Below, piece after piece: positions 11,210-23,639 of a DNA stretch of 64,000 nucleotides. The notes beneath the pieces are model-generated. The model was not told the DNA's origin, searched no databases, and was given only the letters and a program-made list of their open reading frames with translations. Both the position numbers and the translations under genes were made by a program. The DNA is from Octopus sinensis. Taxonomy: Eukaryota. Where the stretch lies: contig NC_042999.1 in assembly GCF_006345805.1 (NCBI RefSeq), positions 110,546,001-110,610,000 of the forward strand, in the 5' to 3' direction. Position 1 is the stretch's first letter. Each line of letters begins with the position of its first letter.

Positions 11210-12085
11210 AATTTGAGAAATATTGACAAGATTTATCTACTTTGTATGTATTTAAAGATCTATTTTATAAATCTACATAGGCAAGATGAAGATTTTCATA
11301 ACAATGGTGTAGAACCCTAATAGCTGAAAATTTATTTTATATTTACATTGTTAAATTCTCACACCATTAAGTGTCTCCAGATTTCTGGGTGAATTGCCAT
11401 CATTCAAAATCTCTGTATGTCATTTATGCACAGCAATATATGTTTTGATAAAAAGATAAGCTGGTGGCTCTGTAAGGTTAGGCATCTGTAAGGTTAGGAG
11501 TAAGATTATTTGTAAGAATTTATTTTGTTCTTTAGCATGTAATTTTTGAATTCTACTGGATGCTCACACTCACTCCTCATCAAATAAAATGAAGAGGGTA
11601 TTTATTTTGGGTATGGGTCATCTCATCATATAACAGATTGTATTGAATTATATGGTACCAGTAGCATGTATAAACTGACCTGTTAGTGAGTATAACTGTT
11701 CAGATCAACTCCACCTACTTGCCCCAGTTATTTATTTTATTTACTCCTATGAATACATATAGAAACGTGCACACACAGACACACACATATATTTGTGTGC
11801 ATGTATGTTTGTGTTGTAAACAATAGAGTAAAATAGTCAATATGTGTATAAGAGTTTATTCATTCAAAGCTGATGAACCACTTCATTGCTACTTTACATT
11901 TCTTGCCTTTTGTTCTAATAAAAGAGAATACGTCTATATTCCACATATAAAGAATATTAAATCTGCATACATTTTTGTCAAGTAAACCATTTAAAAGAAA
12001 ATCTAGAGATTTATACAAACTTTCTCACACACAAAAGAATATATAAGAATAAATGAATATGTTTGCATGAATGTGCGTGTGTGAA

Positions 12086-12139
<54 letters not shown>

Positions 12140-12668
12140 CGTGCGTGTGTGTGTGTGTAAGTATGCATGTATATATAAATATATCACCATTATCTTCATC
12201 ACTGTCTTACTGTTCCTTTTCCCATGCTTGTATGTGTCTGGCCAAACTTGTTGAGGTAGATTTTTGATGGTCAGATGGTCTTCCTGTTGCCAGCCTTCAC
12301 TTGTTTTCAAGCAAGGTACTACTTCCTCTAATCCTCTAACCATGAACAGCTCAATGCCTGGACATGTTTTCGTGGAAGATTCCAGACAAGTGACAACATT
12401 TTTGTATGAATGATGACTTTGTTTACAACTAACTCATAAATGTCTTGGCAAAAAGACACAAACACTTTCTAACACACATACACACACATGCATGCACACA
12501 CATACATGGCCACATTGTTCTTCCCTGCTTTGTCAAGCTAATTCACTTAAAAGACATTGGTTAACTTGAAACTATAGTAGAAAACAATTATAGATGAAAG
12601 TCCGTTGTTGTGAAATGAACTTCTTAACCAGACAGCCACATCTGTTCTAATATATATGTGTGTGTGTA

Positions 12669-13150
12669 TAAGGTGGTGAGCTGGCAGAATCGTTAGCACA
12701 TCAGGCAAAATGCTTAGCTGTATTTCATCTGCTGTTACGTTCTGAGTTCAAATTCTGCCGAGGTTGACTTTGCCTTTCATCCTTTCTTTCTTTTCTTTAT
12801 CTAGTTTCAGTTCATGAGCTGTGGCCATGCTGGGGGTCGATAAATTAAGTACCAGTTACACACTGGTGTCAATGTAATCGACTTAAACCCTTTGTCTGTC
12901 CTTGTTTGTCCCCTTTATGTTTAGCCCCTTGTGGACAATAAAGAAATAAGAATCGTAAGTAAACGGGGTAAAATGCTTTGTGGCATTTCGTCCATCTTCA
13001 TGTTCTTTCTGCATTCAAATGCTGCTGGGGTTAACTTTGCCTTTCATTCTTTTGGGCTCGATAAAATAAGTACCAGTTGAACACTGGTGTTATGCAATTG
13101 ACTTACCCCTCCTCTGAAATTGCTGGTCTTATGCCAAAATTCGAAAGCAA
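12669..13150 (+). mobile_element. SINE family A, full copy plus a second body
   Basis: Head at 12669, tail GTGGACAATAAAGAAATAAG, restart at 12949. Confidence 0.85.
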
Positions 13151-14930
13151 TATATATGTATGTGTATGTGTGTGGATAGTGTTTCAGTTAAGCTATTTAT
13201 TTATGAAAATATTTCAGTATTCTTGTGAATAGAAAGAATGGTAGATCTCCAATAAATCATGACCAAAACCTGATCTTGATTCATGTTTAAGTAATTTTGC
13301 TTCACTCACAATGCTAGTGCCCAAAGGACAAAGATGAACATCACAAAATCAATTTTCTCCCCATTTCTAAAATATATCATCTTTTTGTTGTAGTCAATAG
13401 AAACTAATAGAATAATTTTGACTCTTTATTTAAAATTTGTTTTAAGAATATATTTTGTCTAAGGAAATAGTGACATATTGTTTTCCCCCTCCCCTGCTCA
13501 TTTTTTTTTCTTATCTTGCTAAACGTTTGCTGTGATGTAAGGATTTCTACATGTCTTTTAACAAGGTTGGTGAGGGGTTATACCAAATGACAATAAAGTC
13601 AAATTGAGAATTTGCTCACAATTTGTTTTGCCTGAAGCTGAATTTTAAATTGAGAAAAAAAAAAGAAGAAAAAAATTAAATATATATAAAATAAATAAAT
13701 AAAAGAGGAACTTGATGTAAATGTGTGTGTCCTGTTTAATGAAGTAAATACACTTTATCAATTAGAACATTTTCATTACAGAATAATTATATATTGTGTG
13801 AAATTTTGTTGTCTAGAAATAAGAAGGGTAGAAAAAATAGATAAAAAGTCCATTATTTCTCCAGTCTGTTTTTGAAATTCTTCCTTAAATTAACAAAAAC
13901 TTTTTAAAAAGTTAAAAGGAAAACCTCTTTTTATTTTAAAACTCTCCATTTCTCTCTCTCTCCTTCTGCATCCTACCTCTCTCTTCCTCCCTTCCTGTCT
14001 GTTTCTATCTCTCTTTCTCTCACACTCACTCTTTTTCTCACTTTCTCTCTCTCACTCTCTGCCACTCTCTCTTACTCTCTGCCACTGTCTCTCACTCTCT
14101 ACCACTCTCCCTCTCTAAATTTCAGCTTTTTATTTCTTTTGATTTTTCTGATTTTTCTGGTTAAAGTAATTTTATTGTTTAATTTTGAACAGAATGTGCT
14201 TTGATAACGCATCTTAAAGCGGTTACTTTAAAATTACGTATATATTTTCTCAGCAATTTAAATACTTAAAAGAACTTAATAAATTTCAAATGAAAACGTA
14301 TATATATATGAGTATATGTATATATATGTGTGCGTGTGTATACGTACATATGTACAAAATATATATATATATATATATATGTATAAGTGTGTGTGTGTGT
14401 GATCGTTGATTTTGGCATCACCGTATGGTTGTTGTTGATGCTATCAAGTCTTTTAAAGAAAGTGTGTTTTATTAATCAGTATTTAAAAAAATTTTGTTAA
14501 TAAAAACCGAGCATGTTTTCTTAATTGTAATAACTTCTTTTAAACAATCTAAAAACATTACTACAATTAAGAAATCATGCATTGTTTTATAGTGTTATTT
14601 TTCCCTTATAATCTCTCAACACACGGGTATTGTACATAGATGCATACATACATACATGCATACATACATGCATACATATATTGTTGTATTTTGGGATGGT
14701 CATTTTTTTTTTTTTTGCCAAATAAACACACATACTACATATTTTTACTTAACTCGTTTATTACTGTTCTTATTTTATTATCTTAACTCATGTCCATTGT
14801 CCAGAAATCCTTCATCACACATCTGTGATTTTTCGTTTTCATATGTGTTCTTGCTAAATTTACTCCATTCTGAGTTAAAATAATAACATAAGAACAGTAA
14901 AAAATGATTGAAGAAAAATATATGTATATA

Positions 14931-15152
14931 TTTCTTTATTGCCCACAGGGGGCTAAACATAGAAAGGACAGACAAAGGGTTTAAGTCGATTACATCAACA
15001 CCAGTACATAACTGGTACCTATTTAATCGACCCTGAAAGATGAAAGGTAAAGTCGACCATGGCAGAGTTTGAACTCATACCGTAATGGCAGGCAAAATAC
15101 CGCTAAGCATTTCATTTGGTTTGCTAATGATTCTGCCAGCTCGCTGCCCTTG
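14931..15152 (-). mobile_element. SINE family A copy
   Basis: Head, B-box-like GAGTTCAAA and core are present on the minus strand. Confidence 0.85.
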
Positions 15153-15282
15153 AAGAAAGAATATATACTGCGTGTGTTTATTTGGCAAAAAAAAATGACC
15201 ATCCTGAAATACAACAATATCTGTTTCAATACACAATTTCACACTAGGAATCTTGCAACATAAACTGATATATATATGTGTA

Positions 15283-15313
<31 letters not shown>

Positions 15314-15392
15314 ATATATATGTATATAAGTATATATATATATATATATACACATATATATGTATATATACATGTATATATATTATATATAT

Positions 15393-15446
<54 letters not shown>

Positions 15447-15447
15447 G

Positions 15448-15559
<112 letters not shown>

Positions 15560-15572
15560 GTATTATATATAT

Positions 15573-16200
15573 ACCTCCACACTCATTCGTCTGGCCGAAC
15601 TTGTCCTTACTCTGAACTGCTTCTCGTTCGCGGGCGAGTTCTACCATCAGTCTCGGGAGTGGCCATGGGAACGCGAATGGGCCCCAACTATGCGAACCTG
15701 TTCGTTGGCTATGTTGAGGCCCAAATATTCTCTAATTTCACTGGTCCCACTCCTGAACTATATGGTCGTTATATTGACGACATTATCGGTGCCACCCTTC
15801 ACTCTCCCGCGCACTTCTAGATTCTTCCTCTCTTTCGTCCAATCTTTCCATCCAGCCCTCCACTTCACTTCCACTATCTCCAACACCTCGTCTCCTTCCT
15901 CGACATTTCGGTTAGCATTCTTCACTCCACTCTTACCACCTCCATTCACTACAAAACACACAGACTCACACTCATACCTCAACTTCTCTTCCTCCCACCC
16001 AGAACACACCAAGCTTTCCATCCCCTATTCCCAATTCCTCCGTCTACGTAGGCTCTGTAGTGACGACCATGACTTTGAGACTCAGTCTCAACGTATGGCT
16101 CACCACTTCACCCTACGTGGATACCCCCTCACCACTATCCACACGCCCTTGCCAGAGCACGGTCCGTGGACCGTGTATCTGCTCTCTCTCCCCGAACCCG
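15573..16200 (+). pseudogene. Penelope-like reverse transcriptase (motifs 4-7 and thumb), frameshifted
   Basis: [20 protein letters not shown] / [23 protein letters not shown] / GRYIDDIIG / [34 protein letters not shown]...RGYP, spread over alternating frames. Confidence 0.9.
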
Positions 16201-16416
16201 CCCTGTAGTCTCTCGCCTCCCTTTTCCCCTCACTTACCACCCACGACCCTACGTCTCCAACGCACCATTCTTCGAGCTTTCCGTCATCTCCAGTCCGACC
16301 CGTCCACTTCACACCTCTTCCCTAACCGACCCCTCCCTCTTTCAAACGAGCCCACAACCTTCGAGACCTTTTGGTCCATAGCTCCTTCCCTGACCCTACC
16401 TCCCCAACCCGGCTCG

Positions 16417-16810
16417 TTCCCCTGCTCCCGCCCACGTTGCCGCACTTGCCCTTACCTCTCCAACACACCCGCCTCACTAGCACCCACCATCGACCCTATC
16501 CCATCATCCACTCCTTCACCTGCACCTCCAGCAATATTATCTATTGCATCTCTTGCTCTCTCTGCAATTCCTTGTACATCGGACAAACGGGACGCCGCTT
16601 GGCTGACCGGTTCGTGGAACACCTTCGTGACATCCACCTTGCGAATGACACACCGGTCTCACGCCATTTCCGATCCACCGGTCACTCCTTGCAACACCTA
16701 TCTGTGTTCGGTTTGTCCTTACACAGAGGCCATCCGGATTCCCGTTTGCGCCGTGAACAGGAATTAATCTTCTCTCTTCGCTCTTATACGCCATTTGGTC
16801 TCAACTCTCC
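16417..16810 (+). pseudogene. Cys knuckle plus GIY-YIG endonuclease of the Penelope-like element
   Basis: FPCSRPRCRTCPYL, then FTCTSSNIIYCISCSLCNSLYIGQTGRRLADRFVEH...VSRHF...REQELIFSLRSYTPFGLN. Confidence 0.9.
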
Positions 16811-17600
16811 CCCCCCTCCTCATCTGACCCCTCCCTCCTCCTCACCTATCCTTTCCCCCCAGACCCTACTTCTTCAGTCCTTCATCCTTCACCCCTACTC
16901 CCCTTCCCTTCTTCCCTCTTTCTCCCTCCCTCTCCCCTTCCTCTGCTCCCTCTCTCCCCTTCCTTCTCCCCCATCCTCTCCTCTTCCCCTTCTCCTCCCC
17001 CTCTTCTTCCCCTCCCTTCTCTCCCCCCTCGTCTCCCCCTCCCCCTCTTCTCCTCACTACACCACATGACTTTACACATCACATCACATATGATGTGCCA
17101 TACTAATACACACACAACTAATACATACTAATACGTACTAATACATACTAGTACATACTAATACTTACACCAACCCTATACATACACACGTCCAGACCCC
17201 GCATACGCACTTATACTCTCTCACACACACACACACCTATACATACCAATACGTACTAATACATACAATACATACTAATACATACACAACCCCATACATA
17301 CGCACGTCCAGACCAATCCTACGCACTAATACTCTCTCATACACACACCACACACACACACACCCTTATACATACTAATACATACACCAACCCTATACAT
17401 ACACACATCCAGACCCCTCCCACGCACTTTTAGCTGGTCCCTCAACCCCTTTATCAACCCTATTATCTCCCCTTATTTCGCTCTCGCGTCTCATGTTTGA
17501 TCTTTGACCTCTGGCCGAAATCAGATCGCCATGTTGATTCGTTAGCTACTGCACGCATTTTTTTCCTCTCCTTCTTTCTGTGTTTTTCTCTCTCTGTGTA

Positions 17601-17638
17601 TCTTCTGTTGAAGAGCGTAGGCTCGAAACGTTAAAGAC
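17601..17638 (+). ncRNA. Hammerhead-like motif in the pLTR, core variant CTGTTGA
   Basis: CTGTTGA-A-GAGC-GTAG-GCTC-GAAA-CGTT-AAAGAC. Stem I is imperfect in this copy. Confidence 0.6.
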
Positions 17639-17773
17639 TTGTTTTATTTATATTTCCTGAGCGCCATACTAATACAATTGTTCGTTGTTTTCCACCTGCC
17701 TTCGTCTTTTGTTTATTTTCATAAAGCTTCCCGTTATATATATATGTATATATATATATATATAATATATATG

Positions 17774-17839
<66 letters not shown>

Positions 17840-17846
17840 ATATATA

Positions 17847-17902
<56 letters not shown>

Positions 17903-17912
17903 TATATGTATA

Positions 17913-17961
<49 letters not shown>

Positions 17962-17992
17962 GTATATAATATATATATATATATAATATATG

Positions 17993-18034
<42 letters not shown>

Positions 18035-18139
18035 ATAATATATATATATACGTATATATGTATACACGCAATATATATATATATATATGTATACACACAT
18101 GTATACACACATGTATATACACACATATGTATATATATG

Positions 18140-18191
<52 letters not shown>

Positions 18192-18193
18192 TG

Positions 18194-18239
<46 letters not shown>

Positions 18240-18240
18240 G

Positions 18241-18292
<52 letters not shown>

Positions 18293-18527
18293 TATATGTA
18301 TACACGCACATATATATATATGTATATATGTATACACACATATATATATGTTGTCTCTAGATGCGGGCCTAGCTGCTGGGGGTGTTGTCTCTCCTTCGTA
18401 AATATATAAGGACACAGTAAATGTGTCGAAGCCGACAGGAAGCGTTCGGTGCTTCCTAGGGCTAAGCAGCGGTGGTGTAATCCCCTACTGTCACGTTAAA
18501 TTGACTGTATACCGCTATTATATATAT

Positions 18528-18558
<31 letters not shown>

Positions 18559-18611
18559 CATATATATATGTAGATATGTATACATATATATATGTATGCA
18601 TATATACATAC

Positions 18612-18642
<31 letters not shown>

Positions 18643-18643
18643 T

Positions 18644-18678
<35 letters not shown>

Positions 18679-19010
18679 GTATACATATATACACACGGTA
18701 CATACATTCCTACCAAGTACTACTGTAAACAACAAAAGTAAGCTATAATGTTAAAACTTAGCGTGCATGCACAGCAGAGTTCAAGGTCAATGTTTGCCAA
18801 ATGGCTTCACTCTGTGTGCTTTAGCTTTGTTACTATAGCAACAGTCCGGACACTTATTGATCAGACCTCGAATATGTATATATATATATATATGTATGTA
18901 TATATATATGTATGTATATATGTATATATGTGTATGTATATATATGTATATATATATATATATATATGTATATGTATATGTATGTATATATTATATAATA
19001 TATATACACA

Positions 19011-19105
19011 GAGAATTTACAAAAAAGCAAAAGATGAAGACAGGTGGTGTAGACAACAAACAGATGTATTAGTATATGCTCGGGAAGTGAAAAATACTTT
19101 TACGT
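19011..19105 (-). mobile_element. Short pLTR fragment of the same Penelope-like family
   Basis: The reverse complement ACGTAAAAG...TACTAATACATCTGTTTG...CACCACCTGTCTTC...GTAAATTCTC aligns with 22810-22908. Confidence 0.8.
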
Positions 19106-19128
19106 ATGTATATAATACATATATATAT

Positions 19129-19179
<51 letters not shown>

Positions 19180-19219
19180 TATTATATAATACATACATAC
19201 ATACATACATACATACATA

Positions 19220-19916
19220 CAGGGTGCAGTGAACAGACTGTCGTTTAAATTCTGCAAAAATGAAAATAACACTAACATTTCATTTTGACAGATATATTTA
19301 CAAAAATTACATTAAAATATATTGAAATACTAAAGAATAAATTTATTCAATAAAATCGCTGGTGGCCTCCAGGTGGCTTCAGAATTTCTGCAATTCTTTT
19401 GGATTGTCTCTGTGAATGCTGCCATAATCCTTGCCTTCAGTTCATCTTTGGTGTTACAAGGAATTTTGTTGGTCTCTCCCTCAACTGCACCCCAAGCATA
19501 ATAAGCAAGGTGGTTGTAATCTCGGGAGTTAGGTGGCCAGATATTAGGGGTGATGTCGTTGCAGAAATTATCTGACAGCCATGACTGGATTCTCCTGCTT
19601 GTGTGGCATGGTGCAGAGTCCTGTTGCCAGACATAGAGTCTTCTAGCAGCCACCTCTTCACCCAGGGCAGTACTACTCCCCAGGCACTTGATGTAGGTCT
19701 GCATGTAGAGTTTGAGGCCGGGTGGGAAGACAAATGGAGGTATAACGTTTCCATCACCAGTGGTCACTCCAAACACCATCATGTTGATTAGATGTTTGAT
19801 TTTTATCACTCTTGGTTCATGTTCTCAGATTGCATTGCCTTCAGATTGACCCTCAAACACTCTGAAAGCACGAAATTAAAAGTATGAAATGGCAACAATT
19901 TATGCATTGCCTCCTG
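19220..19916 (-). mobile_element. Tc1/mariner DD37D (maT) element, internally deleted
   Basis: YVWQQDSAPCHTSR...IWPPNS(R)D.N(H)L(A)YYAWG with 37-residue spacing. Degenerate TIRs CAGGGTGCAGTG and CAGGAGGCAATG. TA flank. Confidence 0.85.
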
Positions 19917-19968
19917 CATATATATATATATATATACTTATACATATATATATATATATATATGTGTG

Positions 19969-20009
<41 letters not shown>

Positions 20010-20168
20010 GCATATATGGATATGTAATTACACTCACATATATGTGCATATACAAATATATGTACATATATGCACATGCTCACATACATACATACACAGA
20101 TGTGGACATTTGCATATATTTATATACCCTCATGTACATATATATACATATATATATGTGTATATATG

Positions 20169-20211
<43 letters not shown>

Positions 20212-20656
20212 CACGATAATACATTTATGCATACTAAACATGCAGACCGCCATGCATATGTAAATGCAGAAATGCATTCTGACACATGCACATATGGTTA
20301 TGGGAAGGAGGGAGAGAGAGAGAGAGAGAGAGGGGGTGGGAGAGAGAGAGAGAGAGGGAGAGGGAGAGAGAGAGTTTGCTGAATTATTATTATTATTACT
20401 TGATTTTGTTGTATCTTGAAAATGCAAATTTGGTGTGGTGGCAACATCTTGGTATTTTCTCAGGATGCTTGTTAACCAATTTCTCATTACTTAAAAGAAT
20501 GCACAAGGCTTCCTCAAGGCACAAGTCACATATAAAGGATAGTGTATTATATGGTTGTACATGTAAGGATAGCTAAGAATAATCAGATGTGCAACCAACC
20601 ATGAAAAACAAACCAATAGTACAAAGAAATCAAATGCTAATCCCCTTATATATATG

Positions 20657-20725
<69 letters not shown>

Positions 20726-20752
20726 ATATATATTATATATATATATATAACT

Positions 20753-21176
20753 AGTGTAGGATAAATGTAGGATTGCTGGCCATTGATAAAATTTTTTTCA
20801 GAGAAAAAAATTTTATCCTACATTAGTTATAAATTTAATAGTGTTCACTTCCGAATTCTCTCACTCTGTGAAAGTTTCTAGTTCGAATCACATGTGTCTC
20901 GAGATGTGCCGAAGTTTTTCTATTTTGGATATATTTGGGGTAGTGCTTGCTTTTTCCATAGGTATGAGTAAGTATTTCATATATATCTCATGTATTTATT
21001 GCTGAAGAAGGGAAAATTCTTATGAATTAACCCCGAAATTGGGACCAATACGGTAATAACGGATTTTTTTAGAAATTTTTATTGGTTTATTTCGAGACGC
21101 ATAAATCATAATGGTGATTGACAATTTTGTTTTTTTTTTGGCATTAGAAATTTTCTTTTGCCCTTATTTTGTAAAT

Positions 21177-21180
<4 letters not shown>
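20753..21180 (+). mobile_element. Single diverged unit of the ~480-nt hammerhead repeat family
   Basis: Collinear with the reverse complement of 35385-35830. Same 3' end (GGCATTAGAAA...GCCCTTATTT) followed by (TA)n. Confidence 0.75.
20997..21050 (+). ncRNA. Hammerhead motif, degenerate at the cleavage triplet
   Basis: TATTG-CTGAAGA-A-GGG..AATTC/GAATT..CCC-C-GAAA-TTGGGAC-CAATA. Confidence 0.6.
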
Positions 21181-21224
<44 letters not shown>

Positions 21225-21253
21225 CATACACACGTGCACACATGCACACACAC

Positions 21254-21298
<45 letters not shown>

Positions 21299-21319
21299 AG
21301 GTTTTGAAATACCATTATG

Positions 21320-22130
21320 AGAGACTCCTGAATGTGGAGAATGAATGGGAGGAGGAAAATCTGCCAAATGTTAACCCAGTTTAGGGACCAGCCATCCAAA
21401 TCAACAGTATCTTGGTAGATAAAGCAATTAAGGATATGAAGACAGAGAAAGTCCCCAACTCACCAAGAAATATCGCTGAAATGCTTAAAATATCTGGCAG
21501 TGTGGGTTTATTGTCTAGTAATCCATATTGTAAATTTGGTGGTATCCAATGACTGGTGTAGCAGCACCATAATCAATTGTTACAAAAGTAAAGGTGATGC
21601 CTTAGACAGAAATAACTACAGTGATATCAAACTGTTGGATCAGGTGATGAAAGTTATGGAGAGGATCATAGCCCAACTAATTAGGGAGAGAGTCAAGTCA
21701 TGATGAGATGCAGTTTGGTTTTGTGCTAGGGAGAAGCACCACTGATTCTATATTTCTTGTAGGGCAGCTGGAGAAATAGACAGCCAAAGATAAACCTTTG
21801 TACTTGGTCTTTTTTGACTTAGAGGAAGCCTTTGACTCCATAAGATGTACCTTGTGTAAGCTTTGGACACACAAGAAACACAGCAATATCAGAGGAAGGT
21901 TAACAGGAAAAATAGCGTTTGTATGTGGAAGATGCACAGGTACAATAAACGCCGAAAATGTACAGAAAGTAGACTCCATCAATTGTCAGTGGGGTAAGCT
22001 AGATGTAGCAGATAGCTTCCATTATCTAAGTGAAAGTTCAGTGAACTCCTACCTCTGTTGGCATCAAAGGGCCTCTCTCTGAATGTGAAAGGCAAATTGT
22101 GTGATACCTGTGTGCAGACAGCTATGCTAC
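21320..22130 (+). mobile_element. RTE LINE fragment with an internal 450-bp deletion, decayed
   Basis: ...IKLLDQVMKVMERIIAQLIRERV / YLVFFDLEEAFD|SIRCTLCKLWTHK...FVCGRC...DSFHYL aligns with the 30575 ORF. Confidence 0.85.
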
Positions 22131-22721
22131 TGGAGCAATATGAAAAAAAAAGTCTTGCTCAAGGACACAACCTGCCACTAGATATCAAACTCATTACTTT
22201 ATAATTGTGAGCCAAATACACTAACCACTACACTACACATTCATATTCTCATATTACATGTATAAAAATATATAAAAGTAACTTACATGACCAAAGTTGT
22301 AATTTCTTTGCTAACAGTCAACTGAAAATGTCATGTTTCAAATTGTTTATTTTGGTTTAAAATTCACCATCTTAATGAGAGTTTTGATACTTAGGAATTG
22401 TCTTTATCTTGTGCTTGTAATATCTGACAATGAAATATAATGAATTATTATTTTGTTTTAGGCTGAGCTGAATACACTTAGAAGCAGAATGCTACATCTA
22501 ATCAAAATCATACATTAAAATATAAATAGACTGAATAAATATAAACATAGATGCATATCTGGTTAACAACTTCACTTTGTAACCATATGACTTGGGGTTT
22601 GGTTTAACTGTATGGTTGCTGTCAGCTCTAATCTAGCTGTGTATTGACCAATACCAAGTGAGTGGAACTGGAAGAAGTCCAATGCATATGTGTGTGAATG
22701 TATGTGTGTGTGTGTGCATGT

Positions 22722-22907
22722 GTTTGTAGCCACTACACACATTTTTTCTCTCCTTGTTTTTCTCCTTGTTTTTTCTGTGTCCTTTTCTGTAGAAGAGCGT
22801 AGGCTCGAAACGTAAAAGACTTTTTCTATTCCTGAGCATTATACTAATACATCTGTTTGTTTTGTACACCACCTATCTTTGACTTTTGTTTTTTTTCCGT
22901 AAACTCT

Positions 22908-22910
<3 letters not shown>
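22722..22910 (+). mobile_element. Solo pLTR fragment of the Penelope-like family with a hammerhead-like motif (22781-22820, core CTGTAGA)
   Basis: Homologous to 17540-17733. CTGTAGA-A-GAGC-GTAG-GCTC-GAAA-CGTA-AAAGAC. Ends at (TA)n. Confidence 0.8.
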
Positions 22911-22953
<43 letters not shown>

Positions 22954-23639
22954 AAGTAAAGTTGTAAGGTGCCACATGAGTGGAAATATATATGAAAGAA
23001 GGTTTGAAAATGCAATTTTAAAGATGTTTATTCACTTGACCGGTTTCACTTTTTTAGAAAAAGATTGTGAAAAGTAAAATGTAAAGCATTGTATGAACTT
23101 AGTTGTGTTACGTACTGGTTATCACAAAAGTATTAAAATACAGATATACATTCTTTGATCATAATAAGAACATGTAAAAAACAGTTTACAAGAAAGTATT
23201 TAAGAAAGTAATCAGAACGGGACTCCAAAAAGTATTTTGAGTTAAATAAAAATCATATTTGTTTTGTAGTATATATATACACAGAAGGAGATATATTTAA
23301 GAATTTACAAAAAATTGTAGAAGAATAACTGTGCTGTCTTTCTAACATTTTGTCTTGTGTGTAGCTCCACACAATACAAAATGTATATCATAATGTTTTT
23401 AGTTTTCTTTTTTGAAGTGAGATGAATTTTAAAGTTGTTAAATGAAAAAGATATTCAATTTTTCTACCTGTGTATTAAGACAAGTCCACCCGAAGCAAAA
23501 GTGAGGAAAATTTCGGATTTCTTCAATACTGTGGAGATTGCAGTGATGCAATTCAGTGAAAAAATTAATAATAAAGCACTTCTAGCATATCAATAAGCAG
23601 CTGGTTCAGTGACCAGAAGTAGCCTAGTAAGCATTGAAA

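Larger units (their letters stand above)
15573..17733 (+). mobile_element. Penelope-like retroelement (probably Neptune group), 5'-truncated, with 3' UTR and pLTR
   Basis: RT and GIY-YIG domains, a CxxxxCxxC linker knuckle and a hammerhead-like motif in the 3' repeat. Both ends abut (TA)n. Confidence 0.9.

Noticed and set aside
18440-18500. Resemblance to a pistol ribozyme (CACGTTAAAT, CTAAGC)
   Set aside because: I could not build the P1/pseudoknot/P2/P3 pairings in the required order.
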